This document shows, piece after piece, positions 1 to 10,177 of a stretch of DNA of 64,000 nucleotides. This DNA is from an uncultured Muribaculaceae bacterium (lineage in GTDB: Bacteria; Bacillota_I; Bacilli_A; RF39; UBA660). Below the pieces are notes generated by a model. The model ran no database searches. It was not told where the DNA came from and was given only the letters and a program-made list of their open reading frames with translations. The position numbers and the translations under genes were made by a program. Each line of letters begins with the position of its first letter. Positions within the stretch are counted from its first letter, which is position 1. The stretch covers positions 900 to 64,899 of the forward strand of contig CAZWST010000003.1 in the NCBI GenBank assembly GCA_964636965.1. Reading direction: 5' to 3'.

Positions 1-3
1 AAT

Positions 4-942
4 ATGAAGAAAATCGAAAAAGAACGTAGATTTAAAACTGAATATATACCAGTTTATATTTGTTCGGTAATCTTAGTTCTATTTATATGTTTAATCGTAT
101 TAACTATTAACTATGAAGGAAAAAAATCTACTAACTCACCTGCTACACCAAGTAATGCAGTAAATGAAGATTTGGCAATTACAAAGACAGATTCTAAATG
201 CAATCAAGATGAATTAAATGAACTTTTGAATCTGGCAAATAAAGTAAGTGGAGATTACCAAGCTGCCAATAAAAAAGTTCCAATTGAAAAAACTGAGGAA
301 AATATAGATTATTATGAAGACTTGGGTGGAATGGTTACTTATAGATATATCGAAATAATTATAAAAGGAATTAAAGAAGGTGTGTATGCACAAATAACAA
401 ATAATTATAATGATGACATCATAACTATAAGACCTAGTGATTTAAATGAAGCTGGTGAATATAAATACGAAGCTCCTACTATGGATAAAGTAGTAACATA
501 CACGGTTAATATCTATGCAGAAAAATATGGATGCACAGGAGAAATAATAAGAAAAGTTAGCTTTGATACAAAAATATATAATACTAAAAGTGATTTATTA
601 GCATGCATAATGTATCCAAACTATGATGGATGTGTAAAACTAGTTGATAAAGAAATATCTATTACAGACTTTTATAATGATTTAGAAAAATATAAAAAAA
701 ATGTTGATAAAGCTGAGGCTGTAGCTAATGCTAACATCTTAAATGCTTTTGCTCAATCTGAGGTATTTACAGCAGATGATTTAACAAATGAAAATGGAAA
801 TAATAAAAAGAATACTGAATATGGTAAAGTAATTAATAAACTTAAAGATAATCTTGATTTAATAGTTATTGCTTTTTCTTCTATTGGAATAGCAGTATTA
901 GTAATTATTCTAATAATGTTCGTAAGGAGACACAAACTATGA
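4..942 (+). CDS. Hypothetical bitopic membrane protein (N-terminal TM/signal anchor, ~260 aa extracytoplasmic region, C-terminal TM anchor). Paralog of 4297..5013. Translationally coupled (ATGA overlap) to the downstream 1081-aa Cys-rich protein.
   Basis: 312-aa ORF. Hydrophobic segments near the N-terminus (VYICSVILVLFICLIVL) and at the extreme C-terminus (IVIAFSSIGIAVLVIILIMFV followed by RRHKL). Shared motif KYGC(T/N) and overall architecture with ORF 4297..5013. Stop TGA 940-942 overlaps ATG 939-941 of the next gene. Confidence 0.6.
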   Translation: MKKIEKERRFKTEYIPVYICSVILVLFICLIVLTINYEGKKSTNSPATPSNAVNEDLAITKTDSKCNQDELNELLNLANKVSGDYQAANKKVPIEKTEENIDYYEDLGGMVTYRYIEIIIKGIKEGVYAQITNNYNDDIITIRPSDLNEAGEYKYEAPTMDKVVTYTVNIYAEKYGCTGEIIRKVSFDTKIYNTKSDLLACIMYPNYDGCVKLVDKEISITDFYNDLEKYKKNVDKAEAVANANILNAFAQSEVFTADDLTNENGNNKKNTEYGKVINKLKDNLDLIVIAFSSIGIAVLVIILIMFVRRHKL

Positions 943-3900
943 AAAAACATATAACATGCACATTATTATTAATTTTATCTTTATGTTTAAATGTAAAAAA
1001 AGTATACGCTATAACTGGTATTGCTGGATTTGATGGTGGAGCTTATAGTACTGGAATTACTTGGAGAGAAACAGGTGATGGATCGGGTACATCAGGAGAA
1101 TATACTGACCATATAAAACATTTAAAAATCAATGGTCAAAAATTTGTTGCTTATTGTCTTGACCCTGGATTAAAACTAAATACCGGGGATGAATATAGTT
1201 GTTCACCTTTAACAGATGCTGGTGCTTATTCTTTAGTTACCAATGGTGGAAATTATACAATAACACAAATGTCTTTAAGATTTTATGCCGTATTTAAGGG
1301 CTATGGATCATCATCATTAACTCAAATGCGTGCAGCTATGATAAGATTTGCCCAAGTTAAAGATGGTATGCAAATGAATCAACTTTGTGAAACCATGAAA
1401 TCAGAAGGAAAAATTAATCACACTTGTTCAGGGAATCCTTATGATTATTTATCTGGAAATCAAGGACTTGTTGATGCTGGATATCAGCTTGCATGGGAAG
1501 CTCGTGAAGCAACAAAACGTGAAACCTCAGGCTCTGGTGGCTTAACTTTTACAAAGACTGCGGCTTCAACAAAAAATCAAATAACTTATAATGTAACTTC
1601 CCTTCAAAATATAAATAAGATTAAATTTGTTTGTGAAGGTTGTACAATAGTAGGTTCTGATAAGAATTTTTCAGGAAGAAGTGGAACACTTGTTGTAAGA
1701 CCTCCTGCAGATTGTGAACCATTTAAAATAAAAGCTTATTATGTACCAAATGGAATTCAGTTGTGTACAAGCTTAAATGGTTCAATAAATGAAAGACAAA
1801 TGTTAGTTGTTAATTTTGAAGCCACTTCATCACTTTCTCCAGGTAGTACAGAAATAGATACTTCTGGGGAACCAAATGATGTTTTTGAGGATAGAGGAAT
1901 TGACTGTGATCCTGAATGTTGTACAGAAGTTGATATTAAACCTAACTATATTGAAGGAGAAATAAACAATTGCTGTTTAGATAATACCCATTCTTGGGCA
2001 AAAGAATATGATTTAAATCAATTAGTTTGTTATTCTAAGGATCTTCTAGTAGACCATTATTGGAAAATGTGTAATTCAGAAAGTTACTTAGATAAAAAGA
2101 TGAATGGTGAATTAAATGAATACTGTGATATTTATTGTACTGAAAGAGTTACAGTTGATGTTCCAGGAGCAATAACTGCAACATCAGGAAGATATTTTGA
2201 TTTAACAACAACTTCGCAAGGTACAAAATCACCATATGTTGAAGGATTTAAACGATGTCGTACTCTAATTCATTTTAAGAAATGGCAAGATGATTATCGT
2301 AAACAAGTAGAAGAGCAAGTTAGGCAATATAATAAGTATCAAGAAGAAAGACTATGGGATTTAATATATGAAGATGCCCTAGCTGATACTGAAAGTTGTA
2401 CTCTGACAATTACTATAACTTGCCAAGGAGAAAGTAAATCCGGAGATAAACATGACGATCCAAATAATCCAGATAAAGTAACTTGTCATTATGATCTTGA
2501 TACAACCTCTCATTCTAAAGAAACGAAATATGGTCCTATAACTTATACACAATATAATTTTACAAATCCAGATCATAATCATAAAAAAGCATATTTTGTA
2601 AAACTTGATGAGAAAGGTTTCAAATCTGACGCTGATGGATATTATAATTATTATAAAGTTTTAAAAGATACTAATAAAACTTTAGATCACGCTATTAAAT
2701 CAATATGGGAGACTACTCCAACTATTACAGATGCAAATAACTTTATGTCTCAAGAGCAAAGTGTATCAAGCTCTAATTGTGGTGAGACAGCAGGTGTTAG
2801 TTGTTCTAAAAACTTTGATGATACTTGTGGAAATCCAGAAGGAGATCATGGGACATATCAAGAAAATGTAGTAAGTGTTCATGCTACCCATCATGGAGCA
2901 GCTGCCTCAGCTAAGGGAGCATATGCAGCAGCCGTAGTAAATGCAAAAACGCTAGAAGAAAAAATTGATAAATGTGATAAATATTTTACTAAATATGAAG
3001 GTACTAATGCAGAAAGCAACTTCCCATTTAGATCATCATTCTTTGGATTTGAATATAGCCAAGTATATGTTGATAACTATGGAGAATTAAAAAAAGATGT
3101 TATTTTAGTTCCATTTGAATCAGAGCCAGGATGTCAAATATCTGGACCAACTCTTGGACCAGATGCCGAAGATGGTATGGTTGCACCACAATATTCAACA
3201 AAATATTATTCAGATAAAGAAACAGAAACAGAAGACTTTGGTAAAACCGGAATTGAATGGGAAGAATTCGAAACAGGATTTGAACAATATATTGATGAAC
3301 TATATAAAGCTGATCAAAAATTTGTCCAAGATGCTAAATATAAAGCAACTTGTTCATGGAATGAACCATCAAATACTAAATATACTTTGGTACAAAAAGG
3401 TATAGTTCAAGAAGGAGACTTTAATATTACAAAAAACGATCGCCAATATGCAGTTCATCTAACAACACTTGATGGAACTTATGATACAAGATGGTTACTA
3501 AGTGGCTTAGGAACAAATTCTAAATTCGATGCATTCTTTGCAGAAAATGGGGCAGTATGTTCTAATAAACAAAGTGCTTCAAGCGATGGATTATTCCATT
3601 GTGCACTTCATGTTGAACATGAAATCATATTTACTGGAAAATGTAATGGAGAAAAAACTACAACACAAACTGAAGAATGTGAAAAAAATGATGGAACAGA
3701 CACTGTTATGAACTTTAAAATTGTTGACCCAGCCACAGTATTCACTTGTGATTCTTACGAATCATGTGGATACGGATATAACTGGTTTAAAATGAATGGT
3801 GGACCTGAAACACTAAAAGAAATCAGAAGAAAAGGTAAAGAAGACAAAACTTATGCTCCTGAAAGTCTTACATACCAAGTAAAATTAACTTCAAAAGATA

Positions 3901-4184
3901 TGAGAGAAATTAAGAATTACAACGCCTATCGAGAAAATAATAACTATGGCGGATATTCAGACTTTAGTTTAATTTGTGATTGTCCTGATGACAATGAAGA
4001 GTGTAATGAAGTCGGAGGAACTCAAACATGTAAGAGAAGTAGAAGTTGCCGTAAGTGTAGAAGTATATTCTTAAATAACTTATATGATGGACACATTTCT
4101 TATTCAGGAAATCATTCAGTTACAAAAGCAACTGGTAATATTGAATCAATAAGAAACTCTGGTCGTGTTCACTGGGCTGGATAA
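939..4184 (+). CDS. Large secreted cysteine-rich protein (1081 aa), family unknown. Paralog of 6410..9733 over the C-terminal ~700 aa.
   Basis: Signal peptide MKKHITCTLLLILSLCLNVKKVYA. Many Cys, including CC doublets (ECC, NCC) and YCDIYCTERVTVDVPGAITATSGRYF...SPYVEGFKRCR. Long collinear similarity to ORF 6410..9733 (ATCSWNE..., HVEHEI..TGKCNG, YAPESLTYQV..IKNYN..). ATGA start overlap with the upstream gene. Confidence 0.7.
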   Translation: MKKHITCTLLLILSLCLNVKKVYAITGIAGFDGGAYSTGITWRETGDGSGTSGEYTDHIKHLKINGQKFVAYCLDPGLKLNTGDEYSCSPLTDAGAYSLVTNGGNYTITQMSLRFYAVFKGYGSSSLTQMRAAMIRFAQVKDGMQMNQLCETMKSEGKINHTCSGNPYDYLSGNQGLVDAGYQLAWEAREATKRETSGSGGLTFTKTAASTKNQITYNVTSLQNINKIKFVCEGCTIVGSDKNFSGRSGTLVVRPPADCEPFKIKAYYVPNGIQLCTSLNGSINERQMLVVNFEATSSLSPGSTEIDTSGEPNDVFEDRGIDCDPECCTEVDIKPNYIEGEINNCCLDNTHSWAKEYDLNQLVCYSKDLLVDHYWKMCNSESYLDKKMNGELNEYCDIYCTERVTVDVPGAITATSGRYFDLTTTSQGTKSPYVEGFKRCRTLIHFKKWQDDYRKQVEEQVRQYNKYQEERLWDLIYEDALADTESCTLTITITCQGESKSGDKHDDPNNPDKVTCHYDLDTTSHSKETKYGPITYTQYNFTNPDHNHKKAYFVKLDEKGFKSDADGYYNYYKVLKDTNKTLDHAIKSIWETTPTITDANNFMSQEQSVSSSNCGETAGVSCSKNFDDTCGNPEGDHGTYQENVVSVHATHHGAAASAKGAYAAAVVNAKTLEEKIDKCDKYFTKYEGTNAESNFPFRSSFFGFEYSQVYVDNYGELKKDVILVPFESEPGCQISGPTLGPDAEDGMVAPQYSTKYYSDKETETEDFGKTGIEWEEFETGFEQYIDELYKADQKFVQDAKYKATCSWNEPSNTKYTLVQKGIVQEGDFNITKNDRQYAVHLTTLDGTYDTRWLLSGLGTNSKFDAFFAENGAVCSNKQSASSDGLFHCALHVEHEIIFTGKCNGEKTTTQTEECEKNDGTDTVMNFKIVDPATVFTCDSYESCGYGYNWFKMNGGPETLKEIRRKGKEDKTYAPESLTYQVKLTSKDMREIKNYNAYRENNNYGGYSDFSLICDCPDDNEECNEVGGTQTCKRSRSCRKCRSIFLNNLYDGHISYSGNHSVTKATGNIESIRNSGRVHWAG

Positions 4185-4192
4185 AAATGATA

Positions 4193-4231
4193 AAAAAGAT
4201 ATAACTATTTAAATGTGTTATATCTTTTTAT
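4193..4231 (+). terminator. Rho-independent terminator after the first module
   Basis: Inverted repeat GATATAAC (4198-4205) / GTTATATC (4217-4224) with an 11-nt loop, followed by TTTTTATTT. Confidence 0.7.
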
Positions 4232-4243
4232 TTGCTTAAATAC

Positions 4244-4272
4244 TTGTACTTGTTCTCCTAATTTGTTATAAT
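4244..4272 (+). promoter_or_regulatory. Sigma-A-like promoter for the second module (-35 TTGTAC, 17-bp spacer, extended -10 TGTTATAAT)
   Basis: TTGTAC at 4244-4249 and TGTTATAAT at 4264-4272. RBS AAAGAGGA precedes ATG 4297. Confidence 0.5.
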
Positions 4273-4296
4273 TTTTATAAAGGTAAAGAGGATTAT

Positions 4297-5013
4297 ATGA
4301 AGGTACTATTTTATAATTTAATAGCTATCACATCTTTTTTTATAATTAGTTTTAATGTTTATGCTTTAGACGATACAACATGTAATTATAAATCTAAAGC
4401 TGAACTAAGTAAGGCAGCTTATAATACTGATGCTAACTATTCGATAAGAAAAGATGATAATGGAAATTATTATTTTGAAATCACAATTTATAATATTACT
4501 GATCAAATATATGCTGTTATTACCAATGACGTAACAGATGAAGAAATCTTAGTTTATAATAACATGACGACAAATAATAATTACAAATTTGAAGTACATG
4601 ATATAACAACAGTTATAAACTATGTTGTTCATATTCGTGCAACTAAATATGGCTGTAATGATGAGTTTCGAAAAATAAATATTTCTAAGCCACGTTATAA
4701 TGATATAAGCGAGATATCTATATGCAAAAATGATGTCATGCTAGATTACACTTATTGCAAGCCATGGGTAAACAGATACTTCACCGAAACAAGAGAAGAA
4801 GTATTAGAAAGAGTAAATAATCAATTCAATAAAAATAAGATTACGACTACAACTGTATGTGTTGCGTGTAAGCAAAATGCTAATGCTGCAAAAAAGGTAA
4901 AAAAACAACAAATGATAAAGTTAGCAATTATTATCGGATTATCTGTAGGAATTATACTTGATATAGGTGTCATAATACTTTTAATTATAAGATTGAAGAG
5001 GTATGAGTTATGA
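4297..5013 (+). CDS. Hypothetical C-terminally membrane-anchored surface protein (cleavable signal peptide plus C-terminal TM). Paralog of 4..942.
   Basis: 238 aa. Signal peptide MKVLFYNLIAITSFFIISFNVYA/LDD. C-terminal TM LAIIIGLSVGIILDIGVIILLII followed by RLKRYEL. Motif ATKYGCNDE matches AEKYGCTGE of ORF 4..942. ATGA overlap with the downstream gene. Confidence 0.6.
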   Translation: MKVLFYNLIAITSFFIISFNVYALDDTTCNYKSKAELSKAAYNTDANYSIRKDDNGNYYFEITIYNITDQIYAVITNDVTDEEILVYNNMTTNNNYKFEVHDITTVINYVVHIRATKYGCNDEFRKINISKPRYNDISEISICKNDVMLDYTYCKPWVNRYFTETREEVLERVNNQFNKNKITTTTVCVACKQNANAAKKVKKQQMIKLAIIIGLSVGIILDIGVIILLIIRLKRYEL

Positions 5014-6392
5014 AAAAGATAAGGAAAACTAAGGAAGAAAGAAAAGAAATAAGAAAGTTCAAAGAAGAAGAAAAAAATAAATTAAGACTAAATAAAGAGA
5101 ATAAACCCTTTATGAAAGAACATCTTTATTTAATTATTGCAATTCTAGTTCTAGCTTTATTAATCACTATTTTAATTTATATGTTATTCTTTAGTAAATC
5201 AAGAGATGTTATAGTTCCTGATTTACCAAAGAATGAAACTATGGATATCGGTTTAATAGATTTTAATGACAAAGGAACAACGGCTGATGATTTAAATAGT
5301 AAAAAGAATAATAATATCTCCGTTAATTATAAGGTCGTAAGTGACTATTATAAAGAAGGTATATTACTTTCCAACACTAATGTTGAATATTTAAATAATA
5401 CATTTATAGTAACTTCTGGTCCTTTATCAAAAGATCCATTTATTTCCAAACTATCAAAAGATGGAAACCTTGAATGGTTAACTAAACTTAATGATAAAGA
5501 ATATGGAACAATAAATGTTTATAAGACAGTATTTATAAATAATAACTACTACGTATTTGCAACAAGTACAAAAGATAGTAAATTATCCTTAATATCTATT
5601 AAAATAAATGATTCTGGAAAAAAAGTTACAACAAGTAAATTAAAAGATGATTTTAATGGAAAAATAAAAGATGTAGTTATAAGTGATAAAAAAATATCTA
5701 TTATTACAGGCGACTCATCAGATATAAAAGTATATTTTACTGACGAAGATTTAAAAGCAAATAAAAATGAAGTTGTAATATCAAAATATGTAGATAATTC
5801 AACTTATTTAAATTATCAAAAGAGTATTAGTACTAATGGATTATTAAATGTAGTAGTAAATAACTCAGATAAGTTCTATAGTGTAGAAATTGATACTAAC
5901 TCATACTCAACTACCGCAAAAGAATTTAATGATATAAATGAATTAAAATATGAAGGGTCTTTGAAAGTTAGTAACTATCTAGATGGCTATACAGGATATA
6001 CAGATACAGATGTTTATAAGTTTGATAAAAATAATAAACTTATAAATAAGATTGATTATAGTAAGATAAAATTAGAAAATGATGAAGAATTTAAGAAAAA
6101 GTACAAAGATGATGAATTCTTCCCAAGTGATGATTTAGAAAATTTTATAGAAATTGAAGAAATAAAAAATGATGAAAATAGGTTAGTTGTTAAGAGTAAT
6201 ACTTTATATTCAACAATCTATGACATATATGATTCAAGTTTAAAGATAAATAAAAGAATTATGTTAGATAAAATAAAGTACACATATAATGAAAGCATAT
6301 TACTAAATAGCTTTTATATAGATGGTACTATCTATGAATTATATTCATATGGTTCAGTTACACCATCTATTATGATTAGTAAGATAGGATAA
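5010..6392 (+). CDS. Hypothetical type-II membrane protein (Lys/Arg-rich cytoplasmic N-terminus, single TM, large extracytoplasmic domain)
   Basis: 460 aa. N-terminus MKKIRKTKEERKEIRKFKEEEKNK, then TM LYLIIAILVLALLITILIYMLFF. Start overlaps the stop of the upstream gene (ATGA). Confidence 0.55.
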   Translation: MKKIRKTKEERKEIRKFKEEEKNKLRLNKENKPFMKEHLYLIIAILVLALLITILIYMLFFSKSRDVIVPDLPKNETMDIGLIDFNDKGTTADDLNSKKNNNISVNYKVVSDYYKEGILLSNTNVEYLNNTFIVTSGPLSKDPFISKLSKDGNLEWLTKLNDKEYGTINVYKTVFINNNYYVFATSTKDSKLSLISIKINDSGKKVTTSKLKDDFNGKIKDVVISDKKISIITGDSSDIKVYFTDEDLKANKNEVVISKYVDNSTYLNYQKSISTNGLLNVVVNNSDKFYSVEIDTNSYSTTAKEFNDINELKYEGSLKVSNYLDGYTGYTDTDVYKFDKNNKLINKIDYSKIKLENDEEFKKKYKDDEFFPSDDLENFIEIEEIKNDENRLVVKSNTLYSTIYDIYDSSLKINKRIMLDKIKYTYNESILLNSFYIDGTIYELYSYGSVTPSIMISKIG

Positions 6393-6409
6393 AGTTAGGA
6401 GGACAACTC

Positions 6410-9400
6410 ATGAAAAGATTTAAATTATTAATTATTATACTTGCATTATTAGTTGTATCTCCAACTACTTGTTATGCATCCAGTGAATCTTCTGGTGAAG
6501 AAGGAAGTGGAGCTGGTATAATAAACCCATGTAGCCCAAATTGTAGTGGTATAGTAAGATCATCTTCATTAGGTGGTGTTAGAATTACTTTTGTTGATGC
6601 AAGTGGCCATGTTGTCCCAGCTTCGGGAAATCAAAGTTTTGACTTTGTTACTTATGTTCGTCCAGGAAAAGAGGGAATAAATTTTTTCTATAATTCATTT
6701 TCTGGAGATAGAAATAAAATAGCAATGTCTGGAGGAGCAAATTATTCCGAAGGAACATCTCCTCAATCAAGCTTTAAAAGATTTAGTGCTGTAGCTTCTG
6801 CTTATAATAATAATGAGCCAGGACATAAAGCCAGTTTACCAACAAGCGGAAATACTGGAGGTAGTCTTAATAAAGGTTATGGTTCAGAATTAAATTTCTT
6901 CCTAGGATTAACTAGAACAGGAAATCCAACATATGCTCAAGATGTTAATGCATTCATTAAAGCAATAGCAGAAGTAAGTGGCGGGTTTAATGCTGAAGAT
7001 TTGATTTATAAAGTGGCTGAAGGATGTAATACAGGTGAAGAAATATTTATTGTAATGGAGCCATTATTCTTCTGGTCAGGTAAAACAGGTGGTGGTTATA
7101 CTAACTACTTTGGAACACTTGCTGATTCATATCATTTCTTTGGTGGAAGTATTCCAGGAAGTGTTGGTTTATATAATACCAATCGTTTGGCTTACGTAAT
7201 TTATTATGAAAGAGAAATAGCTGCTTATAAAGGTGCAACTGGAGTATCAAAAGATGGATTTAAAATTCAAAGTGCTGCCGATCTTTTATCAACAGCTGGT
7301 TTTGGATTAGCTGTTGACTGGGCTAATGATCCAGGTCAGTATTGTAATTCATGTTCATATGAAAACGGAAAGTTCTCTTATGATAATAAAATATATCCAG
7401 GAGATTTAGTAATTCCAAGTGGATTTAAGAGTATTGAAGATTATGCATTCACTGGACGTGATTCTGGTGGTGCAGGATGTTGTGATATCCTAGAACCGCA
7501 AATCGGATCAATGCCAAAAGAATGGCAAGATGCCTATGACAAATTATGTAGAGAAGATGAACCAGATTGTTGTACACCATCAGTTCCTAAAGAACCTCCA
7601 GTAATTGATGTTCATAACTGTTGTGAAGATTCTCCATTATCAAAAGTAATTGATAGTGAATTAGATGATATCTTCTGTTATGATAGCGAATTACAAGTAG
7701 AATACTTTAAGAATAGATGTGAAAATGATCGTTATAAAGAAAAATTAAATGATTATTGTGATATTTATTGTACTGAAAGAGTAACAATGGAAGTACCTCA
7801 AGCAATTACAGCAACATCAGGAAGATACTTCACATTAAGTAAAACATCAAAAGGAACAACGTCTCCTTATATCGAAGGATTTAGAAGATGTCGTGTTAAA
7901 GTTTATTATAATGAATGGCGTAAGAAATATGCTGAAACTGTAAAACGACAAGTTGATCAATATAACGAGTTCCAACGTCAAGCTTCAATGGAAAAGAATT
8001 ATGAAGAAGCCTTACCAACAAAAGAAACTATTCATGAAACTGGAACAATTACTACATCTTGTAGTGAAACAGATAATTCAACTACACCTCCTACTAAGAA
8101 GAGTAGTACAGGAAGTGCAACATTTGATTATGTTTATTATAAATGGACATTTAAGAATAACTATAATTATCACACAGTAGATCTTAAAGATGATCATTAT
8201 ACTAGAGTTGAAATAGTTCGTGGACAGACTTTAAAAGAGCCACATGAACCTTATAGTTTATATAAATATGATGAAGCAAAAGCTGCATATGATGCCGCTA
8301 AGAGTCAAGCAGCATCTAACTGTGGACTTGGAAATGTATCCTATGGTGGAACACAATTTAAAGAATTTACTGCATCATATAGAAATGAAAATCCAGAAGA
8401 GGTAATTAATACAATAAAACAAGCTAAAGAGTCAGCTAAAGCTGCATATGAAATTGCAACTAAAGAAGCAGACACATTAGAGCATAATATCGACGAATGT
8501 GATTACTACTTTGATGATTCAAAGAGTAGACTTGAAGAAAAAGCTACATATGATGGAAAAGATGCTGAAAAACATTACAGCTTTACTCCAGATCTTCTAT
8601 TTAGATATTCTCAAGTATATTTAGGAGAAGATGGTAAAGCAGTACTTGATACTTTAGCAGTAGAATTTGATAGATCATGTGAATATAAGACATTATATGA
8701 TAAAGATGAAACAGACGTAGATGAAATCAAACCTGATAGATATTCAGGAATATATTCAAATGGTTCTGAAAGAATGCATGACTTTGATAAAGATGTTGAA
8801 TTAGTTTATGAGCCGAATGGTGTTCCACTATCTAAATATTATGACTACGAATATAAAGCAGAAAAATTATTTACAACCGATGCTAAATATCATGCAACAT
8901 GTAAGTGGACTGAAAAAGATAAAGATATCTATACTTTAGTTCCTTCAGGAATTTCTTCTGAAACTTCAGTATTTAATCACACAATTCACAATCGTGAATA
9001 TAAGATATATTTATCAACTTTTGATGGAACATATCAAACTTACTGGGATATCAATAATGTTGGACATAAGGGTGGATTTACAAGCTACTTCCAAAGAGGA
9101 ACAAAGACTTGTGCTGGAGAAAACCCCGAAGATATAGGAACAACTATTACATGTAAGATTCATGTTGAACACGAATTAGTTCAAACCGGAAAATGTAATG
9201 GTTCAAATGGCACTGATACAACAATCAGTGAAGATGACTGTGATATCAATAAAGAAGGTTATGACTTATTTGCATTTAAAGTAGCAGATCCACAAGATTT
9301 ATTCCCAACGGGAACTGAAACAGCATCTGGTACAATTGCTTATAACTGGACACAAACTGAACGTGGAAAACAAGTAATGAATGAGATACAAGAAAAAGGA

Positions 9401-9733
9401 GCAACAGTTTCTAACTATGCTCCAGAGAATGTCTCATACCAAGTTTCTTTAGGAAGAAATGATATGAATCATATAAAGAATTATAACAGATCTCTTGAAG
9501 ATAAAAATGGATATCAAGACTTCAATCTTCACTGTGAATGTCCAACTAATAAACAAACAAATACCTTATTAGGTGGAGGAGTAGGATGTACACAGTGCAA
9601 GAGCTACTTCCTTGAAAATCTTGAAAAAGGTATAGTAAAATATGATAATGTTGAACACAAAGTTAAAGTATGGAGTTCTCCAAAATCTCTTCAAAGTATA
9701 AGAGAAACAGCAGCTTCAAAAAATAGATGGTAG
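6410..9733 (+). CDS. Large secreted cysteine-rich protein (1107 aa), paralog of 939..4184
   Basis: RBS AGGAGGA before ATG. Signal peptide MKRFKLLIIILALLVVSPTTCYA. Conserved blocks shared with ORF 939..4184 (YCDIYCTERVTMEVPQAITATSGRYF, GFRRCR, ATCKWTE, HVEHELVQTGKCNG, IKNYN). CC doublets (GCC, DCC, NCC). Confidence 0.7.
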   Translation: MKRFKLLIIILALLVVSPTTCYASSESSGEEGSGAGIINPCSPNCSGIVRSSSLGGVRITFVDASGHVVPASGNQSFDFVTYVRPGKEGINFFYNSFSGDRNKIAMSGGANYSEGTSPQSSFKRFSAVASAYNNNEPGHKASLPTSGNTGGSLNKGYGSELNFFLGLTRTGNPTYAQDVNAFIKAIAEVSGGFNAEDLIYKVAEGCNTGEEIFIVMEPLFFWSGKTGGGYTNYFGTLADSYHFFGGSIPGSVGLYNTNRLAYVIYYEREIAAYKGATGVSKDGFKIQSAADLLSTAGFGLAVDWANDPGQYCNSCSYENGKFSYDNKIYPGDLVIPSGFKSIEDYAFTGRDSGGAGCCDILEPQIGSMPKEWQDAYDKLCREDEPDCCTPSVPKEPPVIDVHNCCEDSPLSKVIDSELDDIFCYDSELQVEYFKNRCENDRYKEKLNDYCDIYCTERVTMEVPQAITATSGRYFTLSKTSKGTTSPYIEGFRRCRVKVYYNEWRKKYAETVKRQVDQYNEFQRQASMEKNYEEALPTKETIHETGTITTSCSETDNSTTPPTKKSSTGSATFDYVYYKWTFKNNYNYHTVDLKDDHYTRVEIVRGQTLKEPHEPYSLYKYDEAKAAYDAAKSQAASNCGLGNVSYGGTQFKEFTASYRNENPEEVINTIKQAKESAKAAYEIATKEADTLEHNIDECDYYFDDSKSRLEEKATYDGKDAEKHYSFTPDLLFRYSQVYLGEDGKAVLDTLAVEFDRSCEYKTLYDKDETDVDEIKPDRYSGIYSNGSERMHDFDKDVELVYEPNGVPLSKYYDYEYKAEKLFTTDAKYHATCKWTEKDKDIYTLVPSGISSETSVFNHTIHNREYKIYLSTFDGTYQTYWDINNVGHKGGFTSYFQRGTKTCAGENPEDIGTTITCKIHVEHELVQTGKCNGSNGTDTTISEDDCDINKEGYDLFAFKVADPQDLFPTGTETASGTIAYNWTQTERGKQVMNEIQEKGATVSNYAPENVSYQVSLGRNDMNHIKNYNRSLEDKNGYQDFNLHCECPTNKQTNTLLGGGVGCTQCKSYFLENLEKGIVKYDNVEHKVKVWSSPKSLQSIRETAASKNRW

Positions 9734-9742
9734 GTGAATTGA

Positions 9743-10177
9743 ATGAAAGAAAGTTTATGGGGCTATTGGATAGTTGTACTTGGAATATCAATCATGAGTG
9801 TAATGATACTTCTCCAAAACTATACAACTACTAATGAGCAAGATTATTACATGATTAAAGAAGTACTAGAAGCTAGTATGTACGAAGCAGTAGACTATGG
9901 TTATTACCGCGATACTGGTGAGCTTAAAATGAATGCTGAAAAATTTACAGAAAACTTCATAAGAAGATTTTCTGAAACAGTAAATATTAACAAAAGATAT
10001 ACTATCTCATTTTATGATATATATGAACAACCACCAGCTGCAAGTGTATCTATCGCAACTAAAACAAATAAAACTTCATTTGGACAAAGCCAAGATGCCA
10101 ATGCTGATCAAGCTGCTATAGTAAATAGATTGACAGGAATACTTTATACAAATAGCAAATATCAACCTAGAGTTTAA
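9743..10177 (+). CDS. Hypothetical small membrane-anchored protein (144 aa)
   Basis: N-terminal TM WGYWIVVLGISIMSVMILL. Ten-bp gap after the upstream gene, with RBS-like GGTGA. Last gene before a strong terminator. Confidence 0.5.
   Translation: MKESLWGYWIVVLGISIMSVMILLQNYTTTNEQDYYMIKEVLEASMYEAVDYGYYRDTGELKMNAEKFTENFIRRFSETVNINKRYTISFYDIYEQPPAASVSIATKTNKTSFGQSQDANADQAAIVNRLTGILYTNSKYQPRV

Noticed and set aside
939-1400. Possible thioester (TED/TQXA) adhesin motif in the N-terminus of the 1081-aa protein (AYCLDPG ... TITQMS / LTQMRAA)
   Set aside because: The Cys and Gln candidates are only ~40-55 residues apart, and the Gln contexts lack the TQxA(I/V)W signature. The resemblance is too weak to claim without a profile search.
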